Positions 42,700-54,736 of a stretch of 64,000 nt of DNA are shown here, piece after piece (position 1 is the first letter of the stretch; every line of letters starts with the position of its first letter). Origin of the DNA: Podarcis pityusensis. Lineage: Eukaryota. Below the pieces are notes generated by a model. The model did no database searches. It saw only the letters and a list, made by a program, of their open reading frames with translations, and had not been told where the DNA came from. Location: assembly GCA_964106645.2 (NCBI GenBank), contig OZ067043.1; one strand, 5' to 3'. The translations under genes and the position numbers were made by a program.

Positions 42700-43640
42700 G
42701 AGAGGGAGGAGCAGAGCAGCAGCAGCAGTAGGGAAGCGAAGCGGAGGAGAGCTGGCGGGGAAAGTGGGCATCCAGTCCGCTCCAATGCCGCCCGCGGGGT
42801 CCCGCCGGGAGGTTGCCTGCTGAAGCTGCGGCTAAGAACCGCCCTGGCGTGCCTCGGCCTTTGTGCAGCCGCCGCCCGGCCCGGCCCGCCCCTTCTTGCA
42901 ACCCGAGCCCGCCCAGGGGCACAGCACCCCCTCTCCAACGGAGCGGGCGGGACCGGGGCGGTGGGAGGGACCTGGCCCCCTATCTGCACCTCAGGAAAAG
43001 CCTGCTAAGAAAAGTCTCCCTCTCCAAACCCCTCGAACACTCATCCGGGCAGCGAATGCTGTGTCTCCCCAGTTCCCAGTCTCCGTGGCCTCCAAAACAC
43101 GCGCAGCGCTGGATCTCTCTCTCTCTCCCCCCCCCCCCCCCCCGTATTCCTGGGAACATTAATGGGCAAAGAAAGAAGTTTCTCAATACTGTACTGTTGC
43201 CAAAGCGTAAAGCCAGTGGGACCCCTTCCGGATGAAAACTGGCCGACGTGTGGCTTCTCTTTACCTCCGATTGCTTGGGTGCAAGCGCGGGCGCGCCAAG
43301 AGCTTCAACGCGCACGTTTCCTTCCTCCGGGACCCCCGTCTCCACGCTCGACCGACATCCTGTCTGCCTCGTGGGCACGGCTCCTTTAAGAGGCGAGGCT
43401 TCAGAGGAACGCGGCGGGGCGTTTCCATGGAGACGGCGAGTTTATATTCCAGAGAGTTAGAGGGTGGAGGGGGCTCGGATAGGGCAATACGCCTGGCCCT
43501 CCGCCCCTCCGCCCGGTGTCGCAGGTGAGGGCTACCGCAGAGTTATGTCCGTGAGTCCGTAGGAAGTGAGGAAGTGTGGGGAAAGTAAAATGTCTGGGGC
43601 GGAAGTGGGCTTGGTGGGCCGAGACGTAGGTGAGCTAAGC
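42700..43640. promoter_or_regulatory. CpG island / putative bidirectional promoter shared by the Brorin-family gene (-) and CCDC24 (+)
   Basis: CpG-rich; X-box GTTTCCATGGAGAC 43421-43434; TATAAA on - at 43441-43446; GC boxes near 43500; ETS motifs GGAAGTG at 43562, 43570 and 43601; candidate + strand donors at 43525 and 43630. Confidence 0.7.
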
Positions 43641-43720
43641 ACTGGGGAGCAACTGTGGGGAGGGATAATGGGCAATAGGTTACATTTGGGGCTATAAACA
43701 ACTACCTGACATTCAGAAGA

Positions 43721-43890
43721 CATCTGAAGGCAGCCCTATTCAGGGAAGTTTTTAATGTGTGACATTTTAATGTATTTTTAATCTTTGTTGGAAGCCGCCC
43801 AGAGTGGCTGGGGAAACCCAGCCAGATGGGCGGGGTACAAATTAATAATAATGATAATAATAATAATAATAACAACAACAATAATAACGA
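43721..43890 (+). mobile_element. L2-type LINE 3' end with (AAT)n/(AAC)n tail
   Basis: GGAAGCCGCCCAGAGTGGCTGGGGAAACCCAGCCAGATGGGCGGGGTA followed by a microsatellite tail; a shorter copy of the same terminus is at about 37503-37560. Confidence 0.7.
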
Positions 43891-44910
43891 TTAACGGGAA
43901 TTAGTGTGACTCTCGAGGTTAATGTGAGGGGATGGGTTTGGTATATGGGGAGCAAGAAAAATGATATGCTCTTATTCTCTGGTGGCTCACGTGGGAGAAA
44001 GGTGAGTGCAAGTAACATGATTTGTAGACAGTAGTGCAACTCAGGGGGAAAGTACAGAGCACCACAAAAATGGGGTGCCTCAAATGGCAATCTAGAGAGT
44101 GTCAGGTGATGGAATCAGGAACAAACGACCTGTGGCAGCACCTGGGCTGACATGGGCATGTTGTGGTCTGTTGGCGCTGATGGTACTCACAGCGGCATCC
44201 TTATTTTCTACAACAGTTTTAGTCAGAGGGTGGTTAGCCAGGCATGTACATGGGACTCGATTCTATTTTTTACTTTTACTTTCATCCTTGGTGATCACCT
44301 CCCCCCAATAAATGTGTTTAACATCAGGGCAGCTGAAGCAAATTCCATTGTATTTCTGTAATGCTAGTGCTATGACTTAAGTGAGTTTAGAATGTGAAAC
44401 TGTACATGCTCAGAGTATTTCACAACCATTTATCTATTGTGCTAATGTATCAGGAACGTAGGAGCAGTTATAAAACATGGGAATGGCTTACCTTACAACT
44501 GACAACTGACAAATGTAATATGTAGTGGCTGTCTAATGGGAGAGGGGTGTAAAACCATGGATGTGGCCAGGATTTTAATTGGGGAGGGACAAAGTTGTTG
44601 AACTTTTCTTGGGAAATCATGGGTAAAAATACCTCATAAATAGGACATTGTGGGGGGCCAGGCTTCTGTTGGGGGGGGCAGAACCTCAGATAATTGAATA
44701 CTTTCAATGCTTTTCAATAATATTTGTGAATCTTGGGAGGGCAGCAGCCCATGTGTAAAACCATTAAGTTCAGTGTCTAAAATTACCTAGGTGCACCACT
44801 GCATGTTGCACCGAGTAGTTGTGATGTGGAGCTTCTACTCACTGTCTCATTGGCACAATCTTTCCCCCCCCTTTAAAGCCTCATTTATCGTGGAATCGGA
44901 TACAGCACCC

Positions 44911-47900
44911 ATGTTGCCCTTGCCTGGTGCATCTGGGGAATCCTTGCAGTCTGTACCATCACTCTGGACAATGGTAGAGGAACAATTAGCACCCAGTGAG
45001 AGGCTTGAGGCGAAAGCTATCTTGGGTCATGGCCTTGTGGAACGGAGCTTGGAACTTCATGCTGAGGTTAAGTACCGAAATACTGGATCTCCTATTCAAA
45101 ATGATTCACAAAAGAGCAGAACAAACAAACCACCCCTCTTACTACACAATTTAGAAGTGGCTGGTGACAGGGATATCTGAATAAAGCATCAAATCTAGGT
45201 CTCATCAGCTAAAGAGGCAGCACTAATTTTGTAAGGGGATTTGACTGATGAAAGGGCCCGCCTTTCATGTCTATAGATTGAGTGGAGTGGACTGAGTGCT
45301 AAAATTGAGTGAAGCTAAGGGAGGGCTTATAAATTGTATTAAGCCCCCTTCCACTGAGTACTGGCCACTAGTTTTGGCATACATGCATTTTCATATAGAG
45401 TAGCATTCATGTGTATGATGTATCATGTGTATTCATGTGTATGGAGAAAACCTCTGGTTTGCCACTTACATCTGCTTTGAGTGCCGTTTAATTTCAGTGA
45501 AAGGAAAGCATATCTGAGAAGGTGAGTCAAGGAGGAGATAAAATGTTTCAACCACCCCCTCCCTGTTTGACAAGGTCCCCATTTGCCAGCTCTCAGCTCA
45601 GCTGGTTCCTAATGCTTGGCCAGAGCCCCTAATCCATGCTATTCCAGGCCCTTTGTTCTCCTCCAGCCATTCATGCCCTTTCTTTATTCAGCATGGTCCT
45701 GACTGCAGCTGAGAAGAACAGTAAACATCCCAGAGGCTTTTCACATGGTAATTGCCTTACCTCCTCCTGAAACCAGAAGAGCAAGCACAGCACACCCTGA
45801 CAAGATGGCACCTTTTTCTCTCTATCACTTCTTCATGTTAGAGCTTTGCTTGAGATCCACCCCCCCCAACATTCTGACCAGTGACCCCCTCCCCAGCCTT
45901 TATGGGGTCTCTCACCTGGCTGTCTATTACCTCTTCATCACAAGCCTGATAAATGTAGCCCAGGTACTGACTGTCTCCCTGCTGTGTTCTTGTATGTGTC
46001 TCTGCTCCCCTCCCCAATTGGATATCTGAGAGGCCGCCCAGGGAAGCAGCTGTACCATAACGTTCCTCTTGTGGATGTGTGGGGCCAGAAAGGGAGTTCT
46101 GGCGCTCGCTTGCCTTACAAATATCCTGCAGATATTTTTGCGGCATGACCTTGACTTTCCTCATGGGGGGAGGGAGAGAATGATTGTGGGTGGGCTGTCT
46201 GCAGCTTTGCACCTTTTATGGAGTGTACAGACAGCAACAATGCAGTGCCCTCTTGCCAACTACATTGGAATGACAGTGTCCTGGCTGGTGTTCTTATCTT
46301 CTGCAGACAACTTTGCCCACTTTCTGCAAAAGAGTTGTTTTTTTAAAACCTAAAAACTTCACTCTTAAGCCTAAAATACTCTTCACATAAACTAATAGCC
46401 TCATAGTCTGTTCCCAGTCTTTGGGCAGATGCAATGTTTTACTGAATTCAGTGTGCTCTCACACACATTTATCACATTTGAGGCATCTTTTATTCCCTTG
46501 ATGGATGACATACTTCCGAAAAGTTGTTAGTTCCCTGACTGTGGCCTTTATGAAATGTAATTGTCTACTATCAGGTGAGTAACTAACCCATAGCTAGGTA
46601 TTGGTTTTCTTTTCTTGCGGGCAGGCACCTGGCTTGATTTCCAGGTGTGCAGAATACCAATACTGGAAATGGGAGTGCAACTTGTATTTTTAGGTTGTGT
46701 CAGTGCTTCATCATTTGGGGAGGTGGAGGGTGGGGGAAAGATTACTTTGAGAAAGTTACTGCAGTTTGTGTCAATGTGCACATGTGTGAATTTCTGCATG
46801 TGGCAATGCACTGTCCCTAATGCAGTCCAACCCCTTCCCTATTTACAGGTGCGGACCCTGTTGGAATTACATCAGGAGTTGCAGTCAGGCCTCCTTGGAG
46901 TGGAGCAAAGCCCACTGCAAGCGGATGACAGCTGGGCCTTGCTGGCAGCTCCCCCCAACCTCAAGGAGCTGGTGAGGGAGGAGATCCGCCTTCTTCTAAT
47001 TGGCCTACAGCAGAAGGCATCGCAGGAGGGCAGGTACTGGAGATTAAAAGAGAAGGGACTTGAGAGAATTAAGGGCTGAGTTGAGGGGGAGCAGGTAGAA
47101 GGGATAGAAGAAAAGCAAGCAGAATATCTTAAGACCTGAAGCCTATTTGATATAAGAATGAGCCCATTAGTTTCCAACTGATGTGGCTGGTGGTATTTAT
47201 GTGTGTGGAATGGGTGAGTTTTATATCATCTTTTGGCCAAAGCAGTCTAGATTGAGGAAGCCATAACTATTTGTTATGAGAGGCTTAGAGTTTCATGGGA
47301 CAAATCAGTTAGGAGGCTAGACAATAACTTGATTGTCTCTCTTAACAAGAACAGGATGGGGGAAACCTCTGATTCCACTCAGATATAAATAAGTCCAGTG
47401 CCACCTAGTGACTAAACTATATATTTACACTAGTGACACAGTATTCTTTCTCCCTTTGCCTTCTAAGGGTGACTGTTCCAGAAATGCTTACTAGGAAATA
47501 TCCGCTCCAATGCAATTTAATTGGCAGTTCCAGTATAGTTTCCACATGATTGCCACTCAGATGGCCAATGTCCAGCAAAAATAACCTGTGCCAAACCTAT
47601 GTTTGCACCATACACCTCCATCTATAACTTGCGCTCCCCATTCAAGTGCAGCTTGTCAGTTTGTGTGTCTCTCTAGTCTTTTTTATCTGTAGAATTAATT
47701 CCAGCCTTACATTCCCATTCTTTGGGTCTCAATCATATAGCCTTTGTCATTCCCACTTAGCTCCCTTACATCATGCAGGAATCACATTGCTGAGCGCCTC
47801 TATCAAGAATGCCAGTCCTGCTAGTGCGTTTGTTTTTTATGGTGTGTTCAGTCCATAGCCTGAGGCTGGGATTATGTCCCACCTCCAGGTTCAAAGTGAG

Positions 47901-50900
47901 CATTCATCTGAGTGAGCACTGGGATCAGCACCTGCTGGAACCCTTGCCTGAGGATTTGCTCCCTGCCTTAGCCCTGTGTAACCAATGAATAGCTCAGTGA
48001 AGGCACGGATTAGAACAGGCTGGCTAGTAAGGGATGAGCTCTCAAACACCTCATGCTGGAGTTGTTCGTACCATGTTGCCGTATAGGAGAATCCCTTCAC
48101 ACCCTTCAAACCTTTCTACTATCTCTCAGTCACAACCTGAAATTCTGCATTTGTTTACTTTCAAATAGTTCCCCTCTTGTTGAATTTCCCTACATTGACA
48201 TGAGCACAGGCCATGGCTCCCTGTGTGCTGCCTAGAACTGGGTGGGCCAATGAATGACCTGAGGGCTGCATGTAGCCCTCAAGGCCTGTTTTGTTGGCCC
48301 TGGGCAACATTTGGCACCCTCCCCAGCCCTCATGCTGCCTTCCCAAAGCCAGATAAGCAAGGTACTAGGCTTAGCAAAGGAGGTGTAAAGGCTCTGGCAG
48401 GGTCCTAGAGTCCTCCTGTCTCCTGCCCAAAGCCTAATTGCTGCTTCCCTGGAGTGCTCTAGGACCCTCCCAAAGCCTGTTGTCTCGCTTAGCTGGCTTT
48501 GGGAAGGCAGGGCAAGGACTGGGGGGGGTAGCATCAAATTTTTGCCTCAGTCTCCCCACCGCACAATACAGTATGTGTTCTATTGGTTCTGTGTCAAACT
48601 ACTTTTGTGGTCTACTTTGTATGGACAGTTGGACCTCACTGGGCTCTTTAGTCCAGCTTGTTTTTCCTTTTAGGCTTCTATTCATTCCAGCTACTGGGTG
48701 GTTTTGTGACCCAGCACTGCCACCAACTGGTCTTCTCTTGTCCTTGTCAGCCCAAAGACTGGGGATGAACAATTGCCTTATGGCTGTACGTTTTCTGCTT
48801 CACAGGAACCAAGATTGTGCCATCGCTAAATACAGCCCTCATGTGGTCACCTTTGCACTGAAGGCAAATGCTGGCAATAGTCAGTCTTCATCTGGGAGCA
48901 GTGCCCTAATCAGGTAAGACTGAAGGAAGCTGCAGCCTCCACACAATGAGCTTCTGGGCTGTGTTCTTACCCGGAACACCATAAACTGTATCACCACAGG
49001 AGGTCTCAGAATCCAGGACTGATTTTGTCTGCAGGAAGCCTAACCACAGAGTGCCATATGCCATAGATTTAGAAACCTAGCAGCTACTGGTTCTTTTTTG
49101 CATCTATGGGCGGTTAAGGGCTGATCACTATTAACCCATTTGATCCTCATACAAGTTCCAGGAGCGGGGACTTGCAATGAGTTGGCCTCCGTGCTGGTTT
49201 CAGTCCCATTGTGATATTAATCTAGAAATGTGCTTGTATTATTTATATAGATATGCATATAATGCCTATGTAGAATTAGCAGTGGTGTGCCCACTTAAAT
49301 TACCGGTATAAGTCTCCATTTTGGATAGAACCTTAATGTTAAGTCAGAGAGGCTGTGAAATTACAGACTCAGCCAGCAAAGATTGGGCAATATCAATGGG
49401 GTGGGGAGACTCACTGAGCAAGCAGAAATCTTTGTGCAGGGCTTCCACTGACAGAGATGTAGGTGAATCCCACCCCTAGTATGTTTTCCTTTTATATCTA
49501 GTTGAAGAAACCAAGAGCAGGTTGGTATGCGGAGGTACAGTCTCTCAAACATCTTGGTGAGGTTCCTGGGCATATCAGCTCCAGTTTCTGTGGTGTTAAG
49601 TACCACCTGTAGGTGAGTTTCGGAATGAGTTCCCTTCTTTTGGCTGATATGGACTTAAAGGGAGGTATAGACCACATTCTAGTCTATTGGGTGGGGTTAA
49701 TTTCATAGCCTATATCATGCTCCCATTGTTCTTTGATTGCATCAGAGTTGTGGGGATTTACTTTAGTTTGTTTTGGAGAAATGGGTGTGCTGTTGTGGGG
49801 ATGTTTTCGATGGTGTCCCCATGAATTTTTGTTCCTCTGCAGTTATGGTTGGCAGGGTCAGCCCTGTTAGGAATCTTCTGATTTCCTGTTCAGGTGGCTT
49901 GCGGGAGGTGTTGGCATAAAATTCTGAGGTTATTTCTTTGGTGGTGGATGTTAACACAACCGTCTTTTATAGTGACACAGTATATACTTGTTTTGAGTGA
50001 TCCCCCCCCCCCCGCATCTGTTTGCTAATAGTATGGAATTCTTACCTCCATATTCGTAAAAGCATTGTTTAGGGTATAGGATGTTAATCATTGTTTTATT
50101 GATTTATGGAGAGTCAGTTTCCCTTCTTTTTTGTTCTATGAATTTAAGGAGATTTTTGGCTCCTGTTTGTTTGTAGTGTGATGACAAGGTTGAAACGTCT
50201 TGTTCTAATTTACTAAATTTTGAGGAAGTTTGTTTTTTAAGGGATGTCCTCTCCTTTATGTAAGCTCCTCTGATGACCACTTTCATTGTGTCCCAGAGAA
50301 GGGGGGTTGCAATGTCGTCCACATCATTGTCCTTAAAGTAGTTTTGGAGAGTTTTCAAGAGACTCTCTAGGTAGTTCGTTTGTGGTTAGGATGGGGCTGA
50401 AGGACCATGATTGGGTAGTTTATGCTTCCTCTCCTATTATGAGGGTTGCTTCTACTGGGGCATGGTCTGTGATTTTAAAGTTCTGTGTCTGAGTTCTAAG
50501 AAGCATGCTAGTTCAGTTTGATGAATCCCTGTCCTGTGACAACCATACAGAGAGGATAGGAGTACAACTCATTGAAAGAGACTAGGGGTCCTGGAAAGAA
50601 AATGACTGACATCCCCAACCAAATTCTGTTACCTGATCCTTGTGCCAGTGTCCCATTCAAGCTTTGTATAGTTCAGGAATGCCCAGTTGCAGGCATCAAG
50701 CCCGTCTGGTCACAGGAAAATGCAAGTCTCACCCAATTTCTGTTTCCTTAGGCCATTATTCTCCAGAACTGCTAATCTGGAATCCTTCTGTAATAAACTG
50801 AATATTGCCCATATCAGTGAGGTAGCCTCTCAACTTCGGTAAGTTTTTGCTCTATTAGGTTTTTTATTTGCACAAATATTGTAAGAGGGAAGAAGGCACA

Positions 50901-53900
50901 AGAGGGTTACAGGTATCCGTTGCAGGTGTCTGGAAGGCAGATATAACAGAAGACCTTGTGTCTGAGAACAGTAAACTCACTGCAGAGACAGAAGGGAAGC
51001 TGGGGATGGCATTGTGTGAAAATGTGTGCAGATGGACCCAAGCAGCTTGTATTCTACCTTCTAACTCTCCCCATCATCTGTCTCCCAGTCTGGCCTCTAC
51101 CACAATCATGAAGACAAGGAGGGGCAAGAGTCTCTTTCCAAACTTCCTCTGGGTACAGATATAATTTCTATGGCACATTTTGCTCTGTGTAATTGCAAGG
51201 AGTGAAGCAGATCAAACAACAATTGTGGCAGAACTTGGTGGGAAGGGCATAGCATAAAAAGGTGGGAACCTCAAGAGAAGGTCAATAAGCAACACAGGAG
51301 TGTGGTGTCTAAGCCATACATAGTCTTGGCTCCCAGTGCAGTCTCCAGTGGGGAACACACAAAGGGCTTTGTAAAGATTCTTCCATCTTGTGCCACTGGG
51401 CATCCTGCAAATTCCAGGCAGTATGTACAGTTATTGAAGGGAGCTTGCTAAAGTCCACCCCAAGAAATGCCAGAAAGTGCTCACCAGCCAGGAACTTGGG
51501 GAACTCTGAACAAGGAGAACAGCAGAGCACAAAACAAGGTTTAGAAACACTGTCGGCATTAGAGATACTTGTGCCTAGTTACGAACTGCTTCAAAGTAGC
51601 GTGGTTTTCTCTTCTCATCCCTAGCAACATGAGCTGCCACTGCAAGCAGATGGTGGCTATCCTCACATCTAACTTTCATTTGAATTGCCAGCCCCCACAT
51701 TGGGAACGTAAACAAAAAGTGAGGAAGATGTGGAGACACCAAGTCTGTAGTGCTGGCAATTGCTTTCTGTCCCAAATGTATCACCTCCTTTGGGTCTCAC
51801 TGGCTGTACCATTTTTCCTAGAACCTTGCTAGAGGATGAGTGCTCTGATCTGGAAAGATACATCCCCTATTTACAGGTAAGGGCTGAACCCTTCTCATCT
51901 CAAGGGGGGTCTCTAGAGTTCCTCATAAGCAGTGTTTCTCCCATGTGCTTCCAAGCATCTGCTTCAAGTTTTGGCCAATAGGTCTGTGAGACTGGTTTTT
52001 GTTGCAGCTTGGGTGGAGCATCTGCGGCAACATTTCCTCAGCCCTTCTAGACTATTGTGTAAGAACAGAGGCAAGGCTCTGTGGGATCTGACCAAAGCCC
52101 CATCTAGTCTAGCACCCTGTTCTCACAGATGCTTATAGAAAACTTGCATGCAGGATATCCCCACGGCACGTCATCTAAGTTGGCACCCATCCCTATATCT
52201 CATGGGGGCAAATTCCATAGTTACTTTTGTTTGTCCTGAATGTTGCAACCATCTTCTTCATTGGATGGACCCAAGTTCTAGTATTACTGCTCTCATGTCT
52301 TCCCTCCTGCCCACGTACATAGGAGCTTGGTCTCAGAGCTGTATCTACAAAGCTGTTCCCATGGCTATGGCAGCCTGGGTTAGAACAGGCCTTGGGTCAG
52401 AACTCTTGAGAGGAGTGACAAGGGTGTTTGGCTTCCATACCAGTTCTACAACTGCCCAAATAGCTAGCTTTTTTGTCTCCTTCCCAAATCTGGGGGACAG
52501 GGAGCAGCTGAGGAAAGATGTAAGTGGCAGGAAAACTGTTACGATGATTTGGATGTGAAAACACCATCACATTGGGCTGCAGGACTGCTGCAAGAGTACT
52601 TCCTGTCACCAGTGTCTGATGATGATGATGATGATGATGATTTTAAAAACACACCTTTGCAGCAGTACACCCATACTGCTGAGAGCTGCCAAGTTATGAA
52701 ATCACAGTGAGTTGTGACTGCGGAATCAGGGTCAAAAGAATTGTTGAACTGCAGTTGGCATGATCATCTAGTCCCAATGATCATCTACTCCAACCTCTGG
52801 CAATGTAGGCTATCCACTGCTAGAGCATCCCTGAGAAGTGATCATTTAGCCTCTGCTTAAAAACCTCTAGCAAATGAGAGCCTATTAAGTCAGCCCACTA
52901 AGTTTCTAAGTCAGCAACCTGACAGACTATTTTCCAGAAGAATATGAAACGAGCGTCATCAGCTGAAGGGACTGGATATGCTGGTGCCTATCCATTAGCT
53001 TTCTGCAGTGACTGGGGCAACTAGAAGGCTGGGAGGAAAAGTAAGGTATTTAATACGGGAAGACATTCCAACACGAGGAAAACCTGTAAGCAGAGACATG
53101 TACATCTTTAAGAGAAATTGTATAGTTAAAGGCGCAGCTTCTTTCTTCTGTGTTGTGTTTCCTATAGCATTTTTCATGTTCCACAGTGCCAACTGGAGGA
53201 GGCGCATCAGCATGCTACAGAGCTGCTAGAGGCAACACATGAGCCCACCATGGCTGGTATGCAGAACCCAAGTCTCGGATAAGGCCAGGCTGGGAATTGG
53301 GGAAGGGATGCAGCATCATGGTGCCTATAGCCATCATCTTTAGGCAGGTGTTGCCAAGGAGTGGCGTTTGCAATGAGGCATGGTCTCTTTGTGAGTGCCA
53401 GCCCCAATGCTCTTCACGATTGTTGCTTCCCCCAACCCCCATGAAATATGGTCTTCTCTCCACAGAATTACAAGAGGAGAAGCGTGCCATGGAACGGGAT
53501 TTGCAGCTAAGCCAGCCTAAGCCAGGCACCAGCCCTTCCCTGATGTCAAAACATCTTGGGAGTAGCAGCTACCAGCCGCAATTCAGGTGGGCCTGCAAGC
53601 ACCAAAGCTATGATACCATGAAGCTGCATAATATTATAACTGAGGGGTAGCTGTCAAACTGGCGCCTGCAGCAGAGAGGTGCAACCATAGTTCAGGGTTG
53701 GTTTATTATTCTATGGCAGGGGTCACCAACGCAGTGCCCTCCAAGTGGGGCTGTTGGGAGTCTAACATCTAGAGGGGGCATCTTGTTGGCTCTTTGTGCT
53801 GTATGGTCTCTAGCATACCTGCCATATTTTAAGTAAAAATTCTGGAGTTTGTTCTGTGCAGGACCCATTAGTTCTGCTGTAGTGACTAAGGCTCTTCTGT

Positions 53901-54345
53901 CCTTGACGCTTTACACAGAAAGATGCTTGGGCAACACCTCCTGCTTCTTGGTAACCCCTTCCTTTCCTTTCGCAGTGGCTTAAGAGGCTCGGCAAAAGGA
54001 CCAAGCTTTGGAGAGATCAGTCCGGCTTCTTCACCAACTCTCAGAGACCAGACTTCTCCTTTATACCATCAGGCACTACCCCGGCGGGGCCACTCAGCAC
54101 GAGGGTCCTATGGATGGCCGCAGCGAGATGGTGAGGAACCCAACCATGCCAGGAAGGACAATGATGTTCTGTTGCCCAGACCTGTGCTGCCAGTGCCTCT
54201 GAAAGGGAGCAGGATTGCTTCAGCCTGTGGGCTGGCAGTAGCAGGGTTGGACCATGTCTTCCACCCCACGCCTCCTACAGAGCCATGCCCAGTGCCCCGC
54301 TTCTGCCCTCGCACTCGGCTGCTGCGATGCCAAGGACCCAGCTAG
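44911..54345 (+). CDS. CCDC24: Coiled-coil domain-containing protein 24 (about 383 aa)
   Basis: Coding exons 44911-45066, 46849-47033, 48806-48913, 50752-50838, 51822-51876, 53187-53256, 53466-53586, 53976-54345 (1152 nt, GT-AG, phases consistent). Motifs PSLWTMVEE..SLELHAE, LLAAPPNLKELVREEIRLLL, KLNIAHISEVASQLR, LLEDEC and EPTMAELQEEKRAME match CCDC24 as recalled; synteny agrees. The last exon is divergent and less certain. Confidence 0.88.
49480..50485 (-). mobile_element. L1-clade LINE ORF2 remnant with internal deletion
   Basis: Minus-strand ITDHAPVEATL (end of the APE endonuclease), LWDTMKVVIRG and EFYAN, followed directly by C-terminal motifs WEHDIG and RWYLTP. Confidence 0.75.
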
Positions 54346-54730
54346 GGAATGGAGAGCTGCCGCCTTCCCTTAAGTACCCCATTTCCCGCTCCCATGCTGC
54401 AGAGTCTTCAAGGGACCTAGCCCTGCAGCATCCTGTGCCTCAAGAGTTGCTGCGGTTGCCTTTTGCTCATCCTTGTGAACAGGGTCAATGGGATTCCAGG
54501 GAAAGCGAAAAGGCAAAGAAATGCATACACACAACCTCCCCCAACCCATGAATGCAGATAAACTACTTGCAAGTGGGACCCATGCCAGTGAGATGCTTCT
54601 TCTCCTTCTTGTCCACAACACAGGACAGTGGGCCTTGTGGCAGTGAGGCTGTGAACCCAACCCACACCTTCCCCATTCCTCCACGCACACCAAAGAACTG
54701 TACCACCCAAGGTTCAGGAATATAAATTTC

Positions 54731-54736
54731 ATTAAA
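54731..54736 (+). terminator. Probable poly(A) signal (ATTAAA) of CCDC24
   Basis: ATTAAA about 385 nt after the stop codon, in an AT-rich patch. Confidence 0.5.

Noticed and set aside
42330-43528. Plus-strand ORFs of 100-148 aa over the second CpG island
   Set aside because: Antisense shadows of the vWC exon and GC-rich promoter sequence.
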